Below, one piece after another: positions 12,583 through 23,195 of a DNA stretch of 64,000 nt (positions are counted from its first letter, which is position 1; the number at the start of each line of letters is the position of its first letter). The DNA lies in contig CM035360.1 of assembly GCA_020137815.1 (NCBI GenBank), positions 7,812,001-7,876,000 on the forward strand, read 5' to 3'. The notes below the pieces were generated by a model. The model had not been told where the DNA came from. It searched no databases and saw nothing but the letters and a program-made list of their open reading frames with translations. Both the position numbers and the translations under genes were made by a program. The stretch is from Hormiphora californensis. Taxonomy: Eukaryota > Animalia > Ctenophora.

Positions 12583-13767
12583 CTGCAGCTGCTGCATATT
12601 TGTAGATTAGCATGACAGCTGCTGCAGCTGTCATGCTAATCTACAAATATGCGCGTTTTTCGATTGCTGAATACTTGTGCTTTGATAAGTGTATGTCATT
12701 GCGCGCTACGACAAACGATATGTAAAAACTACCTTGCCCTCCATACCTGATATAAGCAGGCTTCTTCGTCTAAACCAACAACTCCTGAACCACCCAATGA
12801 AAAGGCCACAAATTCCTCAACAAACTACCTGAAAATTATAATCAAGGTTATTCAAGTAATCTGAACTCTCCCCTGATCCCTCACAGCCGAAACTACAGAA
12901 AACCCAGGGAGGCAGGAAAAACCGCATCGTAGAATTTTGGCGGAGTTGTTGTTGAATTGAGATCTAGGATCTCCTGGACACCAGGGCCTCTGAAAAGACG
13001 TGTAAAATCTTTCTCAGAGCTGCACACGGTTTCTCCTCGTTTACACACAAGTTAGCTGAACTAGGGTGCTGGACTAGGGTTCGTATGTAACGCGATTTTG
13101 GCGGTTGCATGTTATGGAGTATGCTGTATAATGAAAATTTGCAATAGCAGGTGGATTTGGGGGTGCAGCCCCCAACTAAGGTCCAGGGGCTTGCCAAGCA
13201 GGGCAACACCTGTGCAAAAATCCCCCCCGGGTATAACACCCCTAGCCTTGAGAATTGTTTTGAAGTTTGATAAGGGCAGATATTCAATAACAAGTAACAA
13301 CTGATCATTGTCTCATATAAGACTGTCCCCTCTTCGGCCCGCGAGTCGTTCAGGGTGTCCAGGGAGGCCCAGTGTGGCTACGTGAGGCCCCGTAGCGAGG
13401 ACAGTTTTACCTCATAGGGTATGCTCAGATTTGATCGTTGCACAAGGCAAGACGCAAGTGCTATCGCACACCTATAACTCTCTGGTCGGTTTTAATTTTG
13501 CAAAAACTGCCTTTCTTTAGAATTCAAATTTCAGAGAGGATCATATTGTTAGGAAGTTATTCAACAACTATAGCATCAGTGTTATCAGACATATTACTTG
13601 CTCGTACAAATATTTGGACAGGAAGACCACCCTGTATGAGGCATCGGCCAGGCAGCCTCGTGGTTATGGGCCCATTTAGAGGGTTGGCACAAAGACGGAG
13701 GTGAGTTCAAACAATGATACTCTTACCTACCGTCCCCCCATAATTTAGAATTTATATACATGGTGAG

Positions 13768-13812
<45 letters not shown>

Positions 13813-14650
13813 GAGCGATATCTGGTTACGGGAGAGCAGTAGGTAGAGCTACTCGATCTCTCGATATCTTCTCCTTCTCTCTCTCTCTCGCTCTCTCTCT
13901 TCTTCTCTCTCTCTCTCTCTAGAGCTCTCTCGCTTTTCCGCTCTCTCGCTCTATTTCTATCTCTCGCTCTCTTCTCTCCTCTCTCGTGCTACTTTCTCCT
14001 CTTCCTCTCTCTCTCTCTCTTCTCTCTCTCTCTCGCTCTCTTCTCTCTCCTTTTTCTTGCTCTCCCGCTCTCTTTTTTCTATTGCATTTTTCTCAGTTTC
14101 TATCCCTCATACTTTATCTGCTACATCCTACGATTATAATATGATACTGTTACAGTGCTGCTTCCGTCAAGTCGTAATGCAAAATACAGTAATCTGCGCG
14201 GATTTGCGTAACGCGCAAGGGCTTTTGTCAACAATCTGTTAAAAGTACTTTTTGTCAGCACGTACTAACGCGCCGATTGGCCAAGGTTGCGCGCCTTCAT
14301 ACAGTGTCTCCGTTTTCCATTACCGTATTCTGACTGCAAGCAGCCGTGTAAAGCTAACTCTATTTATATTGTACATACTATGGAGATCCTAATTTGTCGG
14401 TCTACAAAATAAACAATACACAATGTTGATCTTGCAGTGAAACTCTGCAAACACACCACGTGTCACACAGCAGCCGCTGCGGGCAAGAGCTAGTGGGTAT
14501 CACACAATATCGCACACATCCCATCGCACAAATCACATACATGTTAACGCGTAGTGCTAACGTCAATTCGTAATAAATATCACACACGCACGAGTTTGAG
14601 GTGACGAGTTCAAAAAATCAGACCTTAGAATTAATGTATGTATTAGAAGA

Positions 14651-14685
14651 ACTAGCAAAACTGGGGCGATCGTACCGATCGCAAA
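14651..14685 (-). mobile_element. Helitron 3' terminus (hairpin + CTAG)
   Basis: Minus strand GCGATCG-GTA-CGATCGC hairpin, then CCCAGTTTTG CTAG|T. Confidence 0.6.
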
Positions 14686-15235
14686 TCGAGGGGTCTGTTT
14701 CTATTTTTTTCTCTCTACCTGTCTGCTATATATATATATATATATGTTATGTGATGTGATCCCTCTCTTTTTCTCTCTTTCTCTCCCTTTTATACATGTG
14801 ATGTGACCCCTCAAGTCGCAAGCAGTTCTCAACACGTGTGATACGTGATACCTACGAATCACGTCGTCAAACTGACGGATCATGTCGTCACACTGACGGA
14901 TCACGTCGTCACATTGACGATAGGGTGTCACATTTCCGTGCAAATTTGCATTAGATATAGTTAGATACTGCTAATTAAATCTTATTTTAAATAACCTGCA
15001 TCACATAAACAACAATGATAGACACTACACACAGTAAAACCTCGATTTACCGGATCTTTATTTAGTCGAGCTAAAAAAACATTAATAAATGAGCTAAAAT
15101 GAGTATAAACTTTATGCACTTCATTGAACTTGAACTACAGATTAGATAAGCTGTCGCCACTGTCTGTCGGACTAAACTATTCAAAGGTAAATATAATGCT
15201 ACAATATACTATGTATAACTATGAGTAAAGAGTTT

Positions 15236-18200
15236 TCAACAACAGCTGACACAGCAACTGCAACATTTAGGTTTCTTTTCTTCTTTCTTATTTTCTTCTT
15301 TCTCATTCTCCTTTATTTCATGAAACGCTTTAACTTTCTTTACCACTCTCTCAGGAACATCCTTTGTCGACCAAGCCTGGAATCTTCTTACCTCCACAAA
15401 TCTGTTGAGGACCCGTCTGAGGGACGGGACCAGCTCCAGGTAGAATATTATTTTCTCCGCAAGATGAATTTGCTGAATTTGGACGGCATTCATCTCGGCC
15501 TGGGCGGCATCCCGGATTGTGGTCACATCCTCGATCGCAAGAGATGTAGTCAGGTTAATAAAGAGTACCTGAACGAGAACTGCAAACACAATAAATGTGA
15601 TTATCACAGTTGTCGCATACATGCCCGCCTCATCCTCAAGATCCCCGTAATCTATACCAGACACTCCTCGTGCCAAGTTGCGGAGGTACGCTTGGGCTCG
15701 CCATACACTGACGAATGCCTCGACATGAGAAGATGTCATATGGAAGACAGCAGTGAAGGCAGCGAGAAAGAAGAGGAGCAGTAGAAAGATCTTGGTGATG
15801 AAAGTGCTGCAGATCTCAGCAAGCATGATACAGTACAGGCCGACTATAGGAAAGAGGCGCATGAGGAGGAACATGTTGCAGAAGACAAGGAAGACAGTCC
15901 CAACTCCAACTTGCCATTGCAAAGAGGTTAGTAGCTGTTCAGGGTACAGAACGTTACTGGTGAATAATATTGCAGTCGAGTACAGTGAAAGTTCAACAAT
16001 GTTATCTGCCGAGGAAGCGTAACATTTAAAACCATCCAAGAATTGTGAAAATCGAGATCCTTTCTTCAGTTTGATCTGCATTGCAGAGCGAACCTCAAAA
16101 ATCAAGTCTAGTATTTCCAGGAGAAGCCTTACTATGGCCATCATTAAGGCAATGTAGCCAGGAACAATGCCATCTTTCCGTTCATAGCAACCTTCTCCTC
16201 CGGAACAGTTGGGCATCAAATAAGAACTGACGAGGGTTCCATTGGAATTTACCGTATACGGTGAAATTTGGAGGTATGCATAGGAGAGAAGGGAAAATGC
16301 GAACAGTAGGTATACGGGAATTGTAACCAACCAGAAGTGAAATTTACCGTACAGGTTCCATTTCGACAGGATGAGCAGTTCCGTTAAGGGATGCTGGAGA
16401 AGATCTACGTCTCTGGGACTCTTTCTTGCAATTGTTTCAAGTGGTCTGTATGTATCACTGTAGTTCCGACTCATAGGTGGGCCTCCTTTGTGAATGTTTG
16501 CCTTACCTTTTTCACAATCATCCATTTCAAACTCAAACTTCTCAAGAGGTTCAAAATCGGCAACGATTTTCATAAATTCTCCCTCATCCGTGGTCACCAT
16601 TTTAATTTTAATTTCCTTAACACAAACGTCCATGATGTCAAGTAGAGCCTGGGGTGCTTTTTCGATCAAGATGTTACTCGTACTGCGTCTGGTATTCACC
16701 CCTGTGTATGGATTATAGCTTTCTTTGCCGTATTCGTAAGATGTGTGAAAATTTATTTTAAGGTCAATGTCCTTCACAAAGAGTCTATACTCATCCCATT
16801 CTTTATAACAGAAATATGCTGCACTTGTGTTGCTTGGTATCACTTCGTTGTCAGATTCTAGGTTGCAGTCATACAATGTTTCGAGCTGAATTACTTTGGA
16901 TATGAGCTTCATCACAAGCTGGTTTTTTCTCACTGCCCCATTGTAGATTGGTGTCTCTCCTTTCTTGTTGGTGTTGTTCAGGAGTCGCCGCATGTATCCC
17001 ATGTGAGGATCAGTTAGTGTTTCACCAAGAGAATCAGTTGTTTCTTCCTCCTCTCCTACCTCAGAATTAGTTGTTTCTTCCTCCTCTCCTACCTCAGAAT
17101 CAGTTGTTTCGTCCTCCCCTTCCGCTTCAGATTTTAAAGCTTCAGAAATCAAAGCTTTTATCTGCTCGATGTTTTCCCAGTAGCAGGCGATTTGAAGTGG
17201 TGTATCGTGTTCGATATCACGAGAGTTAATAAGCTCCGGACATTTTTCAACCAACAAATGAATAAGCGACGCCCCGTCTTTAAGGTATGCAGCTAAATGA
17301 AACAAATTCCACCCAGATTTTGCCGCCTTCACATCTTCCCAAGGAATGCCACTTTCGAGAACCTTGTGTATCACTTCGTTGGGTTCGTTATTCAAAATAT
17401 GAGTCCACATTCTTTTGTACAACTCTTCTCCTTCAGTTATCTGGGAATACAGATGTGTGTCAATAATTATTATAACTAATTTCCTGAAAATAATAGGATT
17501 TTAAACTCATACGAAACTGGAAATTACCTCTTCATTCGTAATTGGTATATAAACGGAATTTCCAGATACTTTATATGCGACTGACGTCATAGCGTCCTGA
17601 AAAGGGGCAGCATAATGATATGTTTATTTGGCATTGTTGAAAGATTAGAAAACTACGAACTATGTTGAAAAATGAAGATTGAAGATCGACCACCATGATA
17701 GGTTCCCAGATGTTAGATCGACCGCAAAGAGTCTAACATAGCAACAGTTTACTAAAAAGTTCGGGTACTTTAGTGTTTGGTGTATAAATACCTGAGCGTG
17801 ACAGCCATACGTATTTTGATTGGGTTGTCAGCACTCGTGCTGCGCGGGTAAGTTCGGGTAAGTTAACCCTCACACGTCTTTTGATACAAAGTACTCGAGT
17901 ACTTGTGGTTAACATACCCGGGTTCCTTTTTTGAAAGTTGGTCCCTTGGCAGTGGAACATAAAGCTCGCTAACATCACAATATCCACGTTACACGAAGAA
18001 CAGAGAAAAGGCGATCCTAAGTATAAAATACCAATACCTAGCAGTTAGCGGCCCCAAAATAAAAGAATGTACCTCAGACGGTGGTGGACGGATCCTTGGT
18101 GGAAAGCTGTCATCCTCATTCTCTGGTTCGTCTTCCTTCTCGCCTTCATTGTTTTCTTGATTCGCAGAGAGAAGCGCCTGTACTTGTATTATTTCCCTAG

Positions 18201-19087
18201 CCATACGACCCACCTATTAGATGGATGTCTTACTCAGATCTTAATTTCATGTAATACTAAATTGAGACATTGTTGATGGTCCTTGTCCCGGAGAGTGCTC
18301 TACTCACGGTTGCGAGGAGCTATGATGAAATACAATTTGTATTGAAACATGTGTAAACTGTTGAACTAAAACTTCCTTGTTTTACTTGTACTAAATTGAG
18401 ACATAAAATACTAAACTTCAGCATTTTGGTTGACCCTTTTAACTTATGCCTTATCCTCAATACTTACCATAGTTTTCAAAGATTCATAGTCCACCTTGGT
18501 ACTCATTCTGTCAACCTAAAAACGTTAATTATGGTATTCATCTACATAGTTGTCTAGAAACAGGAAAAATCAACTGCGATTGCAGTTATTTCAGGTTGAA
18601 GTTAAAATTTCCAGGGACTAACCGTTGCATTGTACAACTGCTCATTCTTCTTCAACTCCGAGTTTTCCTTTTCCAGAAGTTTTAATCTTGATTCAAGCTT
18701 CTTCAACTGTTCATAATTAGAATTTTCTGATTTGATCGTATGATTGGTTTGACCTATGTTGTCGTTTTTTCCATTGGATCTTTTACCGTTGTCAGTAAAT
18801 CCTGTATTTTCCTATATAAAAAGAAGAGAAGGGAGTGTGAGAGAAAACACTTCAAACAGCAAACTATCAACGTTATAATTAATGTAATGGGGGTAGGTAA
18901 CAAAACAAAATTTCTTCCTATTTTTCGTAAAGGAGTCAATATAATACAACTTTCAATATGTAATAACTTCCGAATGCGATAAACATATAGCTATTAGCGG
19001 GTTTTGGCATTGAGTAAGTAACTAGCTAAACATTAAATAACCGCTCACCTCAGGACTCGTCAGTGGTGTTCTTTCATCGTCTGACAT
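15236..19087 (-). CDS. TRPA-like ankyrin-repeat cation channel, ~870-900 aa. Exons 19087-19049, 18811-18623, 18515-18468, 18319-18308, [18256-18234], 18177(or 18196)-18073, 17596-17528, 17440-15236
   Basis: Ankyrin repeats (WNLFHLAA, DTPLQIAC, GETPIYNG). TRPA pre-S1 motif LLQHPLTELLILSKW. Six hydrophobic TMs. S6/TRP-like helix INLTTSLAIEDVTTIRDAA..VQIQQIHLAE. Upstream exons splice in frame through GT-AG junctions from ATG at 19087. Confidence 0.88.
17032..17125 (-). repeat. In-frame 33-bp coding tandem repeat (TTDSEVGEEEE) within the ankyrin region
   Basis: Translation ETTDSEVGEEEETTNSEVGEEEETTDS. Confidence 0.9.
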
Positions 19088-19519
19088 GCTATCGGAAATA
19101 GAGCCTACTGAGGGTGCAGATAATTTCAAAAAATGTAAGGTTTGGAATTTTGCAGGCGAATGAAATTGTTACCAATAGCATCTTCCAGCCTCTGAAAAGA
19201 GTCCGCGGAATCAGGGATGGCCAACAGTAAAATCTGGGTGTTTGGAGTGTCAGCACTCACAGCACTCATGGTTAGGGTGATGGTTGGGGCGATAGTTTTA
19301 GCTTGTTTTGTTCAAACCGCGGGGAGGGAGGGTCGAGTTTGGGTTGGAGTTTCTGAATATAAATACATCGGCCTGAATATAAATACGTGTATACACTTGA
19401 CAATAATCAAAACTGTAATAAATTAAATATAAAAATCACTAAAATATACAATAAACATTATGTACAAATAAAATCTCACACACGATTTAGATATTGAAGT
19501 CTATGTTCCTAGTCCTGCT

Positions 19520-19725
19520 GGGGTGTATTTCGTGCGACACCCTCTTAGTGATCTCAAGGTGGCGATTAGTAGGCAGAATCTCAGCCTCCTTCTGATAGCC
19601 GCCAAAGACTCGCTGTACATTTCTCCGTGCTTGTCCTCGATGTGTCTGGCGGTCTTCTTCGTTCATCGCTCTGTCCATTTCTGGGCCAACGCCCAATACC
19701 ACATGTTGTGGTAAACACTCCCTGC
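19520..19725 (-). pseudogene. CRE-clade non-LTR retrotransposon 3' fragment (restriction-like endonuclease C-terminus)
   Basis: Frameshifted VFTTTCG-GVGPEMDRAM-KKTARHIEDKHGEMYSESLAAIRRRLRFCLLIATLRSLRGCR resembles the VF(S/T)TxGGxG...YS...IRxRLSFxLL...LRGSR tail of CRE elements. Confidence 0.7.
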
Positions 19726-20661
19726 CAATCGTCGGTAGAGAGGGTGAAAAAGAGGGGTAAATGACATTCAGGTCAAGCCCACCAATCACAGTTCAGAACA
19801 TCTCTTGTGATCCGCGTGTTCTGAGCTGTGATTGGTGGGAGTGACACGAATGTACATGACCTGAAAATTTTCGAGGCCCCTCATATATACATTTGATATA
19901 CCGCTTTTATGCGTTATAAATGGAGGAAACAACTAAAGAACCTAATGGCTAGTGTTGTATGAACATCTCTCCACCGCGACTAAAGCGATCGTCTTATGCT
20001 GTTTAAAAACGGTTAAAAAACAGTTAGAAACACATACATACGAACTACCGTCTAGCAGTAAAACCTAGAAGATCCTAACAGAACCTAGTCCTCCACACTC
20101 TATGCGACAGGCTGATTCAGAAACACTCGAATAAAATCCGTAACACACATACAAACAGAACTCGAAGCTCGTTCTCAACCCATGCTCAGTAAATAGAAAG
20201 ATTAATATAAATACAATTTAAATTTCATTACACCACACACAGTGATACAGAAACAACTCCATGTCATAAAATAAACAAGAGCTCCAAAAGTAAAGTCTCA
20301 GTCTCAACTCAGTCTCAACACAAGTTAATAATACAGCATTGGAGATTTACATTGAAAATCACACTTCATGAGGTAGAAAACTCATGTTACAACTTACCCT
20401 CTCAATTGAAGAAAAGTCACACGTCATGAGGACCAGGAGAGCACCCCATCCAGAAGAGACCGCGTGCAGGGGATACCACACGCAGGTCGCACGCAAAAAT
20501 CCAACGCCGTGCTGGTCTCTGCGCGTGGTATCCCCTGTGCGTGGTATCTTCTGGATGGGTCATGGGGAGCTCTCTTTGATGTGGTGCGCTCTTGGAGTGG
20601 TGTCTTCTGGAGGTGGTACGCTCTTGAATGCGGTCTCTTCTGGATGTGGTACGCTCTTGGA

Positions 20662-20934
20662 GGGCGCGATTATAATCTGGGTGCCTTGCAGCCTCTTTAC
20701 AGGTGCGCACTACCAAAAGAGTATATTTAGACCGACTTTTTTCAAGTGGCTATAGCCACGCAACCACATGGCCAATTTGAGTAAAATAAACGGAATCTGT
20801 TAGATAATCGATAGCCCTAACCGATAACCCCAAACCAAACCCTAACCAGACCCTAACGGATAGCCCTAACCCGTCGCGCGCGCTAAAACTACGAATTGTT
20901 AGCAATGAAAAGCACCCAGATTTTAACGTTTTCC
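20662..20934. mobile_element. Mutator-like MITE, family A (9-bp TSD), with CCCTAA-like motifs
   Basis: TSD GCTCTTGGA / GCTCCTGGA. TIR GGGCGCGATTATAATCTGGGTG / CACCCAGATTTTAACGTTTTCC. Confidence 0.8.
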
Positions 20935-20968
20935 GCTCCTGGATCATGGATGTGGTGCGCTCTTGAAC

Positions 20969-21224
20969 GGGCGCCGTTACGATCTGGGTGTTTGGAGGCC
21001 TGTTTACACTTTACAGGTGCGAGCTGCCAAAAAAGTTGATTCACTAAAATGGCTCTAACCGCCAAACCACTCAACCGTTTTGGCTGATTCAAAGTTTATC
21101 TGGTAGGGAATGTCAAGGCCTAACATCAACCCAAACCCCAACCCTAACCCTAACCCTACTTTAGCCCTAACCCTAAAAAACCGTTTGTCAGCACTCCCAA
21201 AACACCCAGATTTTAACGCTGGCC
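20969..21224. mobile_element. Mutator-like MITE, family B (9-bp TSD), with (CCCTAA)n
   Basis: TSD CTCTTGAAC on both sides. Shares the ATCTGGGTG TIR core with family A. Confidence 0.85.
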
Positions 21225-21388
21225 CTCTTGAACTTTATTATTATTATTATGGTTCACTATTATACCTTTATATTAATCATCGCAGTTAATGTAACGCGCG
21301 AGGTTTGTTCAGACATAAATAGTTAAAACGCTGCCAAAAATTCACTTTCCTAAGCCGCGCGCTGAAAATGTTGTTCATGTTGTCGGAA

Positions 21389-21919
21389 GGAAAACGTTAA
21401 AATCTGGGTGCCTTTCATGGCCAGCGTTAAAATCTGGGTGTTTCGTGAGTGCTGACAAACGGTTTTTTAGGGTTAGGGCTAAAGTGGGGTTAGGGTTAGG
21501 GCTGGGGTTTGGGTTGGGGTTAGGCCTTGACATTTCCTACCAGATAAACTTTGAATTAGCCAAAACGGTTGAGTGGTTTGGCGGTTAGAGTCATTTTAGT
21601 GAATCAACTTTTTTGGCAGCGCGCACCTGTAAACAGGCCACCAAACACCCAGATCGTAACGGCGCCCGCCTTTCATTGCTAACAATTCGTAGTTTTGGCG
21701 CGCGCGACGGGTTAGGGCTATCCGTTAGGGTCTGGTTAGGATTTGGTTTGGGGTTATCGGTTAGGGCTATCGATTCTCTAACTGATACCGTTTAGTTTAC
21801 TCAAATCGGCCATGTGGTTCCATGGCTATAGCCGTTTGAAAAAAGTCGGTCTAAGTATACTCTTTTGGTAGCGTGCACCTGTAAATAGGCTGCAAGGCAC
21901 CCAGATTATAATCGCGCCC
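21389..21919. mobile_element. Inverted family A MITE with a family B copy nested at 21419-21667
   Basis: Outer TSD TTGTCGGAA (21380-21388, 21920-21928). Inner TSD GCCTTTCAT (21410-21418, 21668-21676). Confidence 0.85.
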
Positions 21920-22071
21920 TTGTCGGAAACACTTCGGTGTTGTACCACTTTGCAGGTTCACTCTGTGACCGATCGTGGTGTGCTTTTATTATCTGAGACC
22001 CCGGTGTCGGATTGCTGTTTCTCTGGAAACACCCACAAATGTAAAAAAACCGCTTCATCATATAGTCGAAC

Positions 22072-22320
22072 TTTTTCCCTGCCCGGGTGAATGCCCTTCG
22101 GGCATTCACCCGGATGATGTTTTTAGCACGCACGTGCTAAAAAGATCATTCAGGGTTTAGAAATCAGCAGATTGTGTAGTTAACTAAAAGTGTCCGTCCG
22201 TCCGTCCGTCACGGACAACGCCTAACAAGACTGCTCCTTCATAAAACTTTCATCTCACGCTTCGTTGATTCAACAAAGGAAATAATTAACACACATTGTG
22301 GCGCGCAATTATTCGCTGAT
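22072..22320 (+). mobile_element. Helentron-associated (HINE/DINE-1-like) non-autonomous element
   Basis: T-run start, hairpin CCGGGTGAATGCCC-TTC-GGGCATTCACCCGG, palindrome TTTTAGCACG..CGTGCTAAAA and (GTCC)n. Related copies at ~42950-43120, ~44146-44220, ~47634-47815 and ~44770-44900 (-). Confidence 0.7.
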
Positions 22321-23195
22321 AGCACTTCCCACTAAATATGACCTGAAATCACTTTGAGCGCCCTACAGCCATGTCATGAAGTGGTAGAACGTCTTCCAAG
22401 CATGAATGATGAAACTACTGTCACACTAGTGACTCGAGTTGAGATGCGGTGTTTCCCTGCCACAAATGGATTTAAAATGATGAATAAGCTTCAAAACTGG
22501 ATTTCCTGATGAATTTTGTACTCAAAGAACATTTTTTGGCTGATGTTAGGGTATATATAACTTGGCATGATCTTCCCAACCTCAAAATTTCAAGTCTATC
22601 TCATCAGGAACCGGAGAATGCGCGTTTGAAATAAGGTCAAAAGTAGAATAGTATCCTCTATTAACTCTTCATACGGTTACCCCCTTTCTCTCTTCGGCAG
22701 CTTCTCTTCGGCTGTCGGAAAGTGATGCCAATCGGTGTTGGGGTTAGTGAATTTTAGAAAAAAAAAATAGTATCCTCTATAAACTCTGTTACTTTAGATA
22801 GTTAGCCCGCTTTAGGTAACTGCTGAAGCCTTTTTTGCCTTTCAGCCTAGCAGCATATATATGTAAGTGTAAGAGCGGGTAGGGTCATATATATTTTTAA
22901 TCTACAATTAATTTTTCAAAACGTGAACCCCGGCCGGATTTCATGAACACGTATTTTTGACTTTAAGACAATATATCTGACGATTGGTAAGACTTGGAAC
23001 GTCAATCTTGCAACCAAAATGTTCGCCTGACAATTCTCTAGACCAATGATTTTTTTAAGAACCATTTTGATCCATTTTTCAATGAGTTTTGATTAATTTA
23101 ATGGAGCCCGGTCATGACCTAAAATCGCAGGTCACGCAAAGACAGTGGGATACCCCTGTATATTGACTCTGTTATAAATATTGTTGTTGATATTT

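Noticed and set aside
13650-13715. tRNA- or SINE-like A/B-box sequence (similar stretch at ~50830-50880)
   Set aside because: No cloverleaf could be folded and the boxes are too degenerate.
15221-16718. Plus-strand ORFs overlapping the TRP channel
   Set aside because: Antisense shadows of a long coding exon, with no recognisable domains.
21135-21520. Telomere or chromosome-fusion site
   Set aside because: The short, degenerate TTAGGG runs lie inside TSD-bounded MITEs.
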